A stretch of 64,000 bases of DNA from Camelus ferus (taxonomy: Eukaryota). Below are positions 37,944-51,465 of the stretch, in pieces (the stretch's first letter is position 1; each line of letters opens with the position of its first letter). Both the position numbers and the translations under genes were made by a program. The stretch lies in NCBI RefSeq assembly GCF_009834535.1, contig NC_045697.1:54748001-54812000 (forward strand), read 5' to 3'. The notes below the pieces were generated by a model. That model was not told the DNA's origin and made no database searches. It was given only the letters and a program-made list of their open reading frames with translations.

Positions 37944-40514
37944 GATTTTAGAAACAAAGTTTGGTGAAGCCCAGCTTTTCTGCTAAATCTGATTGCCCTT
38001 TCAAGTCATCCTTTTTTCAGTTCTGCAACGAGAGGGCATCATATCCTGCCTAAGGAATGGATCTGGTGCTGCTTTAGGTGATACAACTTTTGGAAGAAAA
38101 GTGCCAAAGAATAGTATATGGAAAAAATATATTTAAAGTGAATAAAAGATGGGTTTCCCCAATACCAATTAAACTCACAGTGACCGAGAAAATGCACTCA
38201 GTTAGATTCTGGTATGTCTTATTTTGTTACATTGAATCTAATTATGACCAAACCTAATATGGTGAAAATAAAAAATTTATTTTTAAAATTATTAGAACAA
38301 AAAGAGAGCATGCTCTTGAACAAACAGGTATTGGTATATTTCTCAGGCTTATGAAAATGATTAACACGTCAAACAGCCTGGACACTTTAAGTCTCCTTCT
38401 TGTTTGTTCTAATGTTTTGTCTGTATCTTAGAGCTGTTATGAAATGATAAAATGAACCTGACCCTCAAGTAGCATTTACTACTTATAGAGAGTGATGTGT
38501 CTAAAACAAGCCAATCTACGTAACAAGACGTGGTTGTGTCAGAACATTGCTGGTTTAGACTTATGATGGCATTCCTTATTTTAAAATTTTATATAGTTCT
38601 TTGCTATACATCTGTATCCATACCCACAATAAAATAATGATTTAATATTTACAAAATGTTTCCAATTACACCTTCTTGTCAACTGGAGAGTGAAGAACAT
38701 GGTACGTTAAGTTGAACCATTCAGCTCGTTAGTACAATTGCCTGGAAATTTAGATAAACCTTTTTGATATTAGAATTGTTTCTTTAAATATTAAGTATAT
38801 TTTAATCACTGTGCTAATGCGAATAAACCTTGCTTAATTATAGTCCACTTAGCCTCTACTAAGACTTATTTCCTCCTTTATAAAATTACCAAGTATCTTT
38901 AAGAAATTCCCATCAACTTTTAAATCTGGGGTATTCTTTAACTATGAAATAATGATTAAAAAATGAAAAGAAAGAATCAATGATAAATTACTGGGATGAA
39001 TCTGTTTTTAAAAACTTGACTTTGGTTATCTTACCCATCCTGAACAAACCTGAATTCATTTCTCCAGGCTGAACAAAATAAACACATCTAGAACAGAAGG
39101 CAGATGATTCTTAAGACTCAAATAGAATTTGTGAAAGTTTTCCGTAGTTTCTTTTTGTAGATGGATGTGACTGATTAAGCAGTGGGGGAGTAGTGGTAAA
39201 CAGGAAGCAAACCTCTGCTCAAAATGGAGTTTTAAAAATAAAATAAATACCACAGGGTGTCTGCTATCACAGTCGGGAGTGAGGAAGAATGACACGTAGG
39301 AGTAGTGTGTACAGCGGCCATCTGTACTCACAGACGTATCACTCACTTTCTACAACCAGCCCACATCTAATACTTAAATACTAAGTGAGATTTCCATTCT
39401 AGGTGTGTTCTTTAGAACTAAGTGGGTAGCTGTGCAACACCAGAGATTAAGGGAGAAAGATTATGGAGAGGGTGTCAAGGTTGCTGTTTTGTCTGTCAGG
39501 GACCCCTCACAGGTGGACTGATAGCCCTGCTGTGGCAGTGTGGCAAAATGAGGACAGTGAGTGGAGAAATTAGTGAATTAGTCTATCTGTTGAAAAGACA
39601 GCTTTTTATTTTATGTTTGTGTGAATGGGAATGGATTCCCTGCTGAGACACCCCAAACTCATGCCAATGGACACAGACTCAGTGACTAGGTAACAGAGGG
39701 CCTTTATGCAGACTAGGCACTTAATTTTTATTACACATAGTTTTCTTTTCTTTTCTTTTTTTGTTTTTAACGTTTTCCATCTCCTTCTCTTTCCCCCTCT
39801 TCTCTCTTCCTCTTTGAAGGTAGAGGTGAGAAATGCAATGGGACACTAGTTGTTGAGATAAAATAGACAGAAGGGCAATTATAAACTTTTTTCCCCCTCC
39901 ATTTTATTTGACAGAAAAGAATAAAAAGTGGTAAAGGAAGGTACTAATTATTGACCCTCAGTATTAACTTTGTTCTCTTGGGGAAGCACATAATTAGGTT
40001 GTTCTTTAAAATGCATATTATGTAGTTGGCAGCAGAGTCTGGTTCCAATAGGATAACTCCTGAGGCAGGCAGCTTTTAAAATGCATATCATGTACCAAAG
40101 GAACTTTTCTGGTCTATTGGGTAAATATGTATTAAAGTAATTTTTAAAATACTTATGTACTCAATAGGCTGGAAGTGGTCAATGGTTTAATGAATAGTCA
40201 TGCATTTTTAAACGTGTATTATTATTTATTCACTGACCCAAGTGAGAAAGTCTTTTAAAAATGGCATATTCCTGATGACTATGTAATTTTGCAGTAAAGT
40301 CTTAAAAGTATTTCAGGAGAACAGGAGCCAATTTTAAAATTACATTATCTCAATGTCCCTTCACCTCATTTTTCCTGCCTGCTCTTCCTCTTGTGGGATA
40401 TATTCTAACAGACTCATTTATGGCCTCCCTGCTAGCCTGATTTCATTTTCATAGATTAAAGCTGATTTACATTTGAATTGCAGTTTTAGTGTAAAATTTA
40501 TCCTATGTTGATTC

Positions 40515-40880
40515 ATGGTGTCTGGCACACAGTAGGCACTCAGTCAATATCTATTGAACAAGTTGTTTTCTATTTTGTGTCTTTCTTGCAAGCACACATT
40601 AGCCTTGTGTCTACTATATGTTAAGTGCAGTGCTGGGTATCAGTTTGTCTAGCACAAAGGTAGGACATCTGTAGGTCATAAATAGATTCAAGCTCCACTT
40701 CCAGCATCATCATTTACCAACTGCCTCTACTTGGGAAAAACAGCACCCTCAGGATCAGTTTTCTCAGCAAAAAAGGAACAGTAGCTCCAATCTAGTGGAT
40801 TTCTTATAGGAATCAGCTGAAATGTTATATGCAAAATGCCTAGCACAGTACCAGATACGCAGTGAGCTCTCAGTCAATGC
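40515..40880 (+). mobile_element. L2 3' tail (about 40515-40562) followed by MIR (about 40685-40880)
   Basis: 'gtgtctggcacacagtaggcactcagtcaatatctattgaa'; 'aatgttatatgcaaaatgcctagcacagtacc...gtgagctctcagtcaatg'. Confidence 0.65.
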
Positions 40881-43800
40881 TTTTTCTCTCTCACTCTGAG
40901 TTTCCATCCAGATACATGAGAAACATTTATTTCTAAACAGCGGAGGCTTCCAAACTCCACAGTGCCTTACTTGAGATATCAAGAGGAAAATTTTAATAAC
41001 CCAGTGAATAGGTACCATCCTCAGGTGGGGTGTCAGGAACAGGAACATCAAAAAATTCCCCAAGTCCCATTCACAGACAGGGCACCTCCTCTATGGCCAC
41101 CAACCTCTCTACATCAACACTTGTCCAAGGATCCTAGAGTCCGATGTGTTAATGTTACCTTCTTCCCACTTGGTGGCTCCACTCCGTTTAAGTTTCTTTC
41201 CTTCCTGAGCTCAAAGCCCTGTGGGAGTACCAGAAGTCAGACCGCAGTCCCTTCAGCATTTTAGAAAACTCCACAAACAAACAACCTTTCAAAGAGTCAG
41301 ATTTTCTAAGAGCAAACAGGGGTAATGACATCTACTGCAGCACAACACAGTAAATAGGATCTGGAGAATAAGCATTATTAACATGCTCAATGAGCTGCCT
41401 CAAATCCTATTTGGAGGGAAGCAGGGTATAAATAAGTAAGCATGCTCCCTGGCTCTTTACAATCTGAGGTTTTAGTGGAAAGGCATTAAAATCGCTGGTA
41501 CATAATTGGATTTGTTTTACTCTTTGGTGCAGATACCTAACTTCTTCTGTGTATGTCATGTTCACAAAGCAGGAGTAGTCTTACCCTGACAGAAGTGCTG
41601 TCAGTGATGTGAACCTTGGGATTACCTGAAGGATAGACAAAGAGGACCAGGAGATGCCAACTCTATTGCTCGCTCTTAAGCTCACTGCGCGCCTGTGTTT
41701 TCACTAGCATCTGGGTAAATGGACGGGCTAGTAGTTCAAGTGCTCATTGCTATGGTCTTGGAACAGAAAGCTTTGACTTGTTAAGTGAGCTAATTTAAAA
41801 TAGAAATCTTATGTGACTTACTCTTACCTACTGGAAGATTATTACTATATATTTAATCTGATGTACTGTTCTAAAATATGTTGCATCTGGTTACCTATGA
41901 TTGTTTTTAATAAGAAATTATTATTTTGTAAACCACCATCAGCAGTAAGCAATTTTCCCTTCCCAGTAAAAACAGAGAGAGAGAAGAGTTAGAAATTTTT
42001 CCAAATGACTATATGAAGGGAAAAAAATCAGAAATATCTGGGAAAAGATGATATTGCTTTGGGAGGACCCTTTTAGAGACAAACTTAGATTCCATCAAAA
42101 CTCTGGGGCACAGATAAGTCTTGGGACAAAGAGAACAACCAAAATAGATTTGGGGAAAGGAGAATCCAAAAGCCTGATGGGAAACTTTCTGTTTTGAGGT
42201 CAGCTGCTGGTGGATTTGAAGGGAAAGAGTGATTATACGTTCAGAAGGAAGCCTCAAGTTCAAGTTCTGGTTCTCCAATCAAGGGAGCACAATTTAATTG
42301 CTGGAAATATAGTCCCGTTTGCAGACAGGCAGGAGAACACAGGCTGCCCTGTTTGTTAATAGAAAGCTTATCCCTTTCAGCGAAGCTGAGATAACAGAGA
42401 TCAGGTGGATTGGGTAAAGAATGCATCAGTGCAACCATAGACACTGATACAAAGGAAACTTTTCTCAGTGTCACTTCTGAGCCTCTTGCTTTAGGGTAAG
42501 AAAGGGACTTTCACAAGGTGCTCATTGAAAGGTGTGAGTTGAGGTGGTTAGAGGGAGTTAATGTGCATGGCATAAAGGTGTTTAAAAATGAAGGCATGTA
42601 AAAGGGACTGAAGAGAAGGTACAGAAAGGATTATTTTACAATTAAGGCAGGTGCATGCCAGAGGCAAAGATATTGTACAATAAGCAGGAATGACCTTGGT
42701 GCACTCAAAATCTATAATCTCAGATAAGAAAGGTGGTTCTGGAATCAAGACTGAGAGGTCTCTGATGGCCCTAGGAGACCAAGATTCTTAAGATAAAAAT
42801 GTGGAGATGTGTCTGTTAGTGGAATCTTGATAGGCTTGCGTCAGCCCAACTTGCAGAGCCCTTAGGGAAAAGCAAGACCTCGATGCACGATTGGTTGGGA
42901 ATGAATCACACCTTGAACACCCTCCTTGGACATGTCTGGAATTGGTTTCTCTCCTGCCCTTTCTCTTTGTTTAGAGCACTGTGTTCACTCAGCAGTGTTT
43001 TCTCTCCTGACTTCCTGCCTGGCTGTGGAGGGATCTGGTTATAATCTTAGATTTGATTCACTTCTTTCCTTCCAACTCATGTGGTATTACCAAAACCAAA
43101 ATTAACCATTTCTACACTTGTCACTTAATTAAGAAGAAGTTTATTACTTTTTTAGCCAAAGGAAAAAAAAATGTACCAACAGGAATACTGTCTTCACGTA
43201 AGTTAAGTGGATTGCTGGGAGGGTCTGAATTGTTCTTCACCTCTCACTGCTGCAGGCCTCAGAGCACAGGGATGCTTCAAGATGGGAACACAAGAGGCCT
43301 GGCCTATTCAGAAAGAGACTTCCAGATCCCTTTTCCCTGGTCCAGCCCCTCCAACCAGCCTTGATTTGATAGCATTTATAGTTTCTTAGGACTGGATGAC
43401 TGACACCCAAGTAGCCACTGGCCCACTTCTTGTTTGGTGAATCTAAGAAGGTAAAGCAAAATCTTCTCTCATCACTAGAAGGCAAGGGGCCTGAGTGGGG
43501 AAGTCAGCTATTAACTGAACTCTGGGACTGATGTCAGTTTCTGCCTCCTCCTATGTCACCCTCTTGGTGGAACTGAGAAGACCTGGGCTAGCCAAAGCCA
43601 AAGTAAGACAGAGGTCATCATCTTTCATCTTTGTCTTTGCCTCTGTTCCTTCTTTATAATCACTTAGGGCTGTGCCACCATGATAGGAAAGAGCAGGGTG
43701 GGCACGGTTGCCCATGGATTAGAAGAGACTGTGGGTGTCTCAGTGAATGGATTTAGTGAGGCTAAAAGGTCATAAAGCATGAGAGTAAGTGAGTGGTAAA

Positions 43801-44074
43801 TGGCAGAAACCTCAGAGACAGGACTAGATTTAACTTGAAAAGAATAAATAGAAGAGAAATAAGGGAAAGGCATGAAAAGATCACTTTCTTTTTTTTTAAG
43901 ACATGAGACCCTTTGCATATTTGAGGATAGGGTATGGATAAACATATTAGTATGAAAGGGGCAAAGTAACTCCTGACTCTGCCAATGATTAGTTCTGTGA
44001 CAATAAGAAAGATATCTACTCTTATATAATGTTATTTTTAATTTTTATATTAAAATTGGTTGCTAATTTAGGTC

Positions 44075-44190
44075 AAAGGTTTGCAACCAGGGATAATCAT
44101 CAGAATTACCTGAGAACCCTTTTTAAAATTCTCTGATGTTTGAGGTTGGATTATGTCTATATTTATAAAGCTTCCTGGATGATTAGATAC
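44075..44190. mobile_element. MER5A-like hAT fragment
   Basis: 'atcagaattacctgagaacccttttaaaa...atttataaagcttcctggatgatt'. Confidence 0.5.
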
Positions 44191-44668
44191 GTAGTTTCTG
44201 CGGGTCAGAAGTCCAAGCATGACTTAGCTGAGTCATCTTTGGGGCTTAAATCAAGGGGCCAACTGGTTTGCTCTCCTTTGAGGCTTGAAGGGGGAGGGAT
44301 TTCCTTCTAAACTCATGTGGTATTGGCAGCATTTAGTTCTTAGTGGGTTTTTGGACTGAGGGCTCCAGGTTCTTGCTGATTGTTAGTTAGGAGCTGCCTT
44401 CAGTCCTTTGCCACGTGGGTCTTCTCCACATGGCTTCTTACTTCCTTACAACCAACAGAGAAGAGGGAGTCTCCTCACAAGATGGGCATTTGAATTTTAT
44501 ATAATGCATTTGCATACTTATAACAAATACATCCCGTCACTTTTCTGTATTTGATTGGTTAGAAGTAAATCACAGGTCCTACTCACAATTAGGAGAAGGG
44601 GAATAATCAAAGATGTAAATAGCAGAAGGCAGAAATTGTGAGGGCCACCTAAGAGTCTGCTCACCACA
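44191..44668 (-). mobile_element. MaLR LTR (MLT1E/F-like)
   Basis: 'gtttctgcgggtcagaagtccaagcatgacttagctgagtc', 'tgattggttagaagtaaatcacaggtcc', terminal 'agagtctgctcaccaca'. Confidence 0.88.
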
Positions 44669-44889
44669 CCTGTAATCTAAACTCCTGTCAGTGCCTTTAA
44701 TTTTAATTGATAAAATGAGTGAAGGGTTTCACTTATTTATTCAAAAAATATTTCATATACCATATGCTAGGCACTGTCCTTAGGTACAGCTCTCACCTTC
44801 AGTGGCAGATCTATGAATAACTATAATAAAATATAGTGAACTCTATAAAAAGCATAGGGAAAGCCTTGGTATGCCTGATATAGACAGGG

Positions 44890-45320
44890 GTAGATTTTTC
44901 TCATCAAATTTGGGCATGATTTTAGAAGAGACAATTAAAGGGATGGTTTGGTACACTGTGAGTGGGAAACTGCAATTACCAAAATCCATGGAAGGTTAGT
45001 AGGACCAAGTTAGACCACACTGACCTCATTTGTTTTTTTCACAATACAGAAAGGATTACTAGGCTAATACAGTAGGCTTAAAATGGCCCAGAATGTTTAG
45101 AGAGAAGTTCTTGTTATGTCCATTTGAAAATAGTGGAGAAATATGGACTAGAATCTAGTACAACTAAAGAAATTAACTGCTAGTCGAAGAAATATGCTCA
45201 AAGGATACCAATCAGCACTGCTCAACTAATGAACCCACATCTGGAGGACAATCCCTGTTACCATGTCAGAGTTCCATCCTTGTCTTGTTTCTCTTGAGCA
45301 CTTTCGTCAGTGATGTTAGT
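44890..45320 (+). mobile_element. CR1/L3 LINE fragment
   Basis: 'ggagaaatatggactagaatctagtacaact...ctcaaagg...ctggagg...ccatccttgtcttgtttctcttgagcactttcgtcagtga' resembles the CR1 RT region. Confidence 0.5.
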
Positions 45321-45429
45321 AGGTCCTTCCAAATAAATCTTTATTCAAGTATCCAGCACCTATATAAAAGCTATGACCATTCTTTCATTGTCTAAGGATT
45401 TTTGGAGGCAAAAGTAAGGTATTATTTCT

Positions 45430-46760
45430 TATCTCTTTGGAGAAAAAGAAAGTTAACATGCTCATGAATAGGAAAACTTAACATTGCAAAGATGTCGGTT
45501 CTTCCCAAAATAATCTATAAGCATAATGAAATTGTATTAAAAATTCCAATGTAAAAGTTTTGAGAAATGAACGAAGTAACACTAAAATTTACAGAGGCCT
45601 AAATGTCTGTGAATAGCTAAGAAAAAAGTAAAAGTAAAGAGAGGAGGCTTACCCAACCAGATAAGAATGTATTGTTTTACCAGACAATCAGATAATCAGA
45701 TGTGAGTATACATGTATGTATATATACACACATGCACAGCAGTCATGGCTTCATAACTAAGTGGAAAAAAGATTATTTAATAAATTCTACTGGGAAATGG
45801 ACTTCATTCTTGTACCTATAAAAATTAAAATCAAAATTAATTAAAGATCCAAACATGAAAGGAAATATTATACAACTATTAGAATAAAATTCAGAAGAAT
45901 ATCATTCAACCTTGAATCTGGAGGAGATTTTTTAAAATAAGAAACAAATAGAAGAAAATTAATAGATTTGACTATAGTAACATTAAAGACTTCTGTTTAA
46001 CATTGGGTACTATATATAAACATTAAAAACAACCTGGAAGAATATGTTTAAAAAATACGTAAATAAAGGAAGGTTAAAAGTGTAAAGAATCCCTACAAAT
46101 TAAGAAGAAACTGTCAGGCAACCGAATATAGACGTGAACAAAAGGTATGTGTGGGCAATTCACAGGGAGAAAACTTGAATGGCTAATAATTATATGGAGA
46201 AGTGCTGATTTTTTTTAGTAACTGTAGAATTAAAAACTAAAATGAGACATGATTTTGTGTACTGATCAGAAGAGTAAAACTTTAAAAGTCAGACAGTGTC
46301 CTATGCTAGTGAGGATTTGAAAGTATAGAAACTCTCATTCACTATTAGAAGGAAGAATATTGGAGCAACCATTCAGGGAACCAACTTGAGTATTTAGTGG
46401 AATCAAGTTTGCATAATCTACTACCCATCAGTACAGCTCCTTGGTTATGTGTCTTAAGGAAACTCTTAGCTAGGTACCCAAATAAGCCTGGATAAGGATA
46501 TATATCAGAGCACTATTTGTAGTAGTCGAGACTTTGAGACAATGGAAATGTCCAATTAATGTTCAATTAGACAGCGTTGTTATATAAGCCAAAAATAGAA
46601 TAATACATCACAGTTAAACAAGATGAACAAGATGTATAGATATCAATATGAATTCATACAACATGCATAATATTTTGTGGAAAAAGTGAGCAGAGGTGGA
46701 TGTATAGTACAATACCATTTGGGTAAATTTAACATTCAAGATCAGGTGCTTAGAGTGGAG
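45430..46760 (+). mobile_element. Very old L1 (L1ME-like) ORF2 end plus 3'UTR
   Basis: 'catgctcatgaataggaaaacttaacattgcaaagatgtcggttcttcccaaaataatctataa', 'aatagatttgactatagtaacattaaagacttctgtt'. Confidence 0.85.
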
Positions 46761-47594
46761 GAAAGAAGAGGATGGGATATTAAGGATGTGGAGATGAAGG
46801 GAATGACCAAAAAAATGTGAGGAAATTAATCAATTATTGAAAATAACATACCACAAACTGACAGTTTGTAAATCTGATAAAAAGAATGCAAAAACTCTTA
46901 AAGGACCTATTCTCTATAAGAACTTTCTAGACCCTAGATCCTCATTTTATAAAGAAGTCTTTTTTCCTTTTGTAAAATCCCCATGACCAGGCAGAGGCAC
47001 TCATACTTTCAAAGCTGTCTTGCATTGAGGAAATAAAACAATCACATCATAGAGGTCGTCTTGATGGACTTTGCCTTAGAGAAAGGATATTTAGATTAGA
47101 GTTTAGATAATGACCACATTAGCTAGAAAAAGAACAAGAAATAAAATTCAGGAAGGGGTGATTCATATTTCAGGCCCAAGTTACAAGACCTGGACTGGAT
47201 CCAGGAACTTAAAACAATTGATATTAAAACTAAATGATTGGGACAAGGTGGGGCAGGTTGAGGTGTTTAGTTAATGAAAACCAGGGAAGCTACAAGTAGG
47301 AACAGGGACTGGAATATGGATGGGATAGTTGCAAGAATTGGAGGGAAAGAGAAATATCTGCACAGGTCAAAGGGGATGAACTGGGGAGGGAAGGCAGAAC
47401 AATATAAAAAATAAGGTATAAAAATAATCTATTTTTGTAAACCCAAACTCAAGCTAGTTTGAGTGGGGCTTCTTTTGCTTCTAGCTGGCTTGTTGATTTA
47501 GGAAACTCCAATAAGGTATTTCTCAGGAATCTGCTCTTCAATTTTATAACCTCTAAACACGGGGTGAACTATTATAAGGATCACTGCCTCTCCT

Positions 47595-47993
47595 TGACAG
47601 TGAGTCTCTTTTTGACCAAACTTTAGAGAGATTCCTCTGAGCACTCTTTTGAGCATTGGCCTTGGGCCCTCTCTTCAGTCTGCTGAGTCCAGTTGTAGTA
47701 AGAATCCTATTAAGTCAGTTCAGTGAGAATCTCTCCTCACCCTTGATACCTGATTCCTCGGGCCTGCCTTAAGCAAAGAATCACCCTATCCTTGATGTCT
47801 TCTTGTAGTAATTTTCCACCCACTGACAACCCTCATTCTGCCCATTGGCTATATATCTGCAGCTGTCTTTGTTGTATTCAGAGTTGAGCACACGCTCTCT
47901 CCCCTACTGTGATAGTCTTGACATCAATCATGAATAGTCTTGAATAAAGTCTTACTGTTTCAACAAGTATCAGAATAGTTTCTTTCTTTAACA
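47595..47993 (+). mobile_element. Complete ERV1 solo LTR (MER31/MER67-like)
   Basis: TG...CA termini, 4-bp TSD tcct (47591-47594 / 47994-47997), 'ttgaccaaacttta', TATA-like 'tatata' near 47850, AATAAA 47943-47948. Confidence 0.9.
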
Positions 47994-50384
47994 TCCTGAA
48001 ACAAAAGCTTTCATGATGAATAGTAATCATGGGAGGTGAAGGTAGGGTGGCTTGGGACTGTAGGGGATAAGGTTTACTGTTCACTGTATGCAAGAAATCT
48101 AACAAATCCCAGGGAGGTTCCCCCCTTAAAGGGGTGTCAGTATTAGACATACATGCCACGACTGTAAGGAGATGTAAATCACATCAAACACAGGTTCAAC
48201 GATACCCCTTCTGACCTCTGGAGGAAGATGTATAGGCACAGTGACTGGTGACGGAAGGTGTTGTTTCCTTATTCCTTCTGCATCAGGACCATATGCTATC
48301 AATAGTCTCTGATCTCCATGATTTTTGTCTCCAGATTCACAATGATAGTGGCTTCTTACAAGGAAGCAGCTTTTGAGGCAGATATGAAGAAGCTCTGCCG
48401 CTTGAATAATCTCCATAGCATCCTTTGACTTTTCCTGTAGTGCCGTGGCATGTTGACAGGGAGTCTGAAAACAAAAGGTTGACTGTGAAGGCTTGCACTT
48501 CTCATCATCCTGTGTTTCCAAATGGTTTGCTGCTCTGGGAGTTTCTTTTCCTTGCGTTCTAGCAGTCCAGTAAGGACTTTCCTCTCCACCAAGGCTGCCT
48601 GCTTTCTGGCCAGATGTAAGCTTCTGCCTGTATCCTCCTCTTCCTGGAGGTGAAGAGGAAGGTAAACGTTTCTGCCTGCTGAGTCTCGTTTACGTGATTG
48701 ATGCTGAGACTTCCAATTTCTAGGACAAATGATCCATTAGTGGAAATGGGCACACAGGAAACCTCAGTGCCAGTAAGTTAAGTACCCAGCTCAGTACTCA
48801 GTGAACAGTCTGCTGATCTCAATTGTTGGCAATTAGCAGTGATTAGCAAGTGCGAGCTTGGTGGGTGGCACAATGAGATTCTTCTTACTGATGAGACAAA
48901 CTCACAAACAACCCAGAGACATACTGCCATGAAAATGCAACAAAAAAGCTCAATCACTTTGCAAGGGGATCTGACCAAAGGAGGACTCTTGTGAATGTTT
49001 TAATTTCTCCTCTTAAACCTCTCATTAACTCTCAAACAATCCAGTAATATATGAGGAGGGCTGGATACTCATTTAGAATCAGATACTCTGTATGCATCCT
49101 GAGTTAGAGAAATTAGAATGAGAAGAAAATAAATCCCCACAAAATTGTGCAACCTTGGGAGCACAGGTATTTTTTACTTTTTTTTTTTTTTTGGCCAACC
49201 TAGCACAGTGCTTGCACCTCGGGGATCTCAGTACATGTTGGTGAAAGTGAATTAAAATCAGGTTTCCTTGCGCTAGCTCCTTATAGTCTGTTAGCCTTTT
49301 CTTGTCTCTTCCATTATTTAATTTAATTTTTTACTACTATTTCTTTCTTGTTTCTTTTAAAAAAATCATGAAGACTGTATTTGTAATGTTTTGTTTATAT
49401 TAGGTATATATTTGAGAGATTTGTAAAGTTGAAATTAAATATAATTTTTTATTTCCCTATTGATTTTTACTATAATTTCATAGTATTCTCATCAAAATAT
49501 TTGGGCTCAAGGCATGATGAAAAATTAATATCCATTTCAAATAACTTTCTGCTCCTGGCAATGCACAATCAGCTGGCAATTATTCTCCCATATAGCAAGA
49601 AAATAATCAAGTGGGCAATTAATTTACATGTTCTTTAAGCATTCACTTATTAAATCATATTATATAATTCCCATTTCCTTGGGAGTTCTCACTCTATCAG
49701 ACTTGCGTATCTCACTGACCACATGATTTAAACCAGTATTCAGAGAAATTCACTCATTAGAAGAACCTCATAGAGATACTGTTTTAACAAATGCAGGCCA
49801 TATCATTCCATTGTTGTATGCAGAATGCTCTGTGCAGGCAAGGACTACTTCTACATGTTCACTGTAAGATCCCCAGAGCCCAGCACTGTGACATGTGGTA
49901 GAATTGAAAGAATAAGTTACTTAGCTACTCAACAGCAAAGTAAAACAGGGATATTGTTTCATAAAAATCAAAATATATTCACTCTTATTACTCCTTCTTA
50001 GAAATTAAGTAATTACTACTTTAAAGTCACATTTAAGTCTTTATACAACTACACAGTAGAAAACAATACATTATATCACCAAATCATTGGAGAATATGCT
50101 TTAATTTTATTGCTTAAAGGATACTATTTCTCACTGTATAATTTAAACAGGTGATGATATGACCTAAAGTTAACTATGCATCTCAATATCTAGGGCCAAG
50201 GTGAGAAAATGATAGTAACTAAAGCTAACAAGAATCAATGCCTAATGGATGGAAGTAAATGTAACCTGTCTTTGAAATTTGAGTCAGATTATCCTTACTT
50301 TAATGAAGCACAATCCTCATTTTATTTTCACCAAGCAGTCAGCTGATTGTGAATCCAGTTTTCTTCTTCTTGTTTTACTTATTT

Positions 50385-51465
50385 AATTATATTTTTAAAC
50401 TGCTTTATTGAGGTGTGATTGAGATACACAAAGCTATGGTTATTGGATGTATAAAACTTGATGTGTTTGGAGATAAACTCACCCTTGAAACCATCATCAC
50501 TACTAATGCCATAAACTCATCCAACATCTCCAAAGTTTCTTCCTGCCCCCTTTAGTTTCTTTTGTGGCAAGAGCACTTAACATAAGATCTACCCTCTTAG
50601 CAAATTTTTAAGTATACAATACTATTAATTATAGGCCCTATATTGTCCAGTAGAACTCCAGAACTTATTTATATTGCATAACTGAAACTTTGTACCCTTT
50701 GATCAACACCTCCCCATTTCTCCCTCCACCCAGCCACTGGCACCACCATTCTACTCTCTGCTTCTGTATGTTTGACTATTTTAGGTTCCACATATAAGTG
50801 AGATCATGCAGTATCTATTCTTGTGTGTCTGAATTATTTCACTTAGAATAATATCCTTTAGGCCTAAGCAAGTTGTTGCAAATGGCAGATGTCCTTCATT
50901 TTTAAGGATGAAAAATATTTCATTGTAGTAGAAATCAAATTTTCTTTGTTCTTTGTTTGTGTCCATTGATGGACCTTTAGGTTTTTTCCATAATTTCGCT
51001 ATTGTGAATAATTCTTGAATGAACCTGTAGATATTTATTTGAGATCCTGATTTCAATTCAGGATTTATACCCGGAAGTGGGACTTCTGGATCAGATGGTA
51101 ATTCTATTTTTAATTTTTTGTCTGGGGGAACATGAGTATTGTTTTTCACAGTAGCTGCCTTGATTTATGTTCCCACCAGCAGTATACAAGTGTTTCCTTT
51201 TCTTCACATCATGGCCAGTGTTTGCTAATCTTTGTTTTTTAGATAATATTTATTCTAACAGCTGTGAGATGATATCTCATTGTGGTTTTGATTTGCATTT
51301 CCCTTATGATTAGTAACTTTGAGCACATTTTCATGTACCTGCTGGACATTGGCATGTCTTTGGAGAAAGGTCTATTCAGGTCCTTCGTCCATTTTTATAT
51401 TTGTGTTTTTTTGCTATTGAGTTGTGTGAGTTCATTATATACTTTGGATACCCCTTATCAGATAG
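50385..51465 (-). mobile_element. L1 3' region (L1MB-like)
   Basis: 'ctttattgaggtgtgattga', 'aagatctaccctcttagcaaattt'; ORF 50781-51149(-) encodes decayed ORF2 C-terminus (KIELPSDP...LFTIAKLWKKPK...ISLICG). Confidence 0.9.

Noticed and set aside
48335..48428. Plus-strand segment FTMIVASYKEAAFEADMKKLCRLNNLHSIL*
   Set aside because: Short, unrecognised and without upstream plus-strand exons; not distinguishable from chance.
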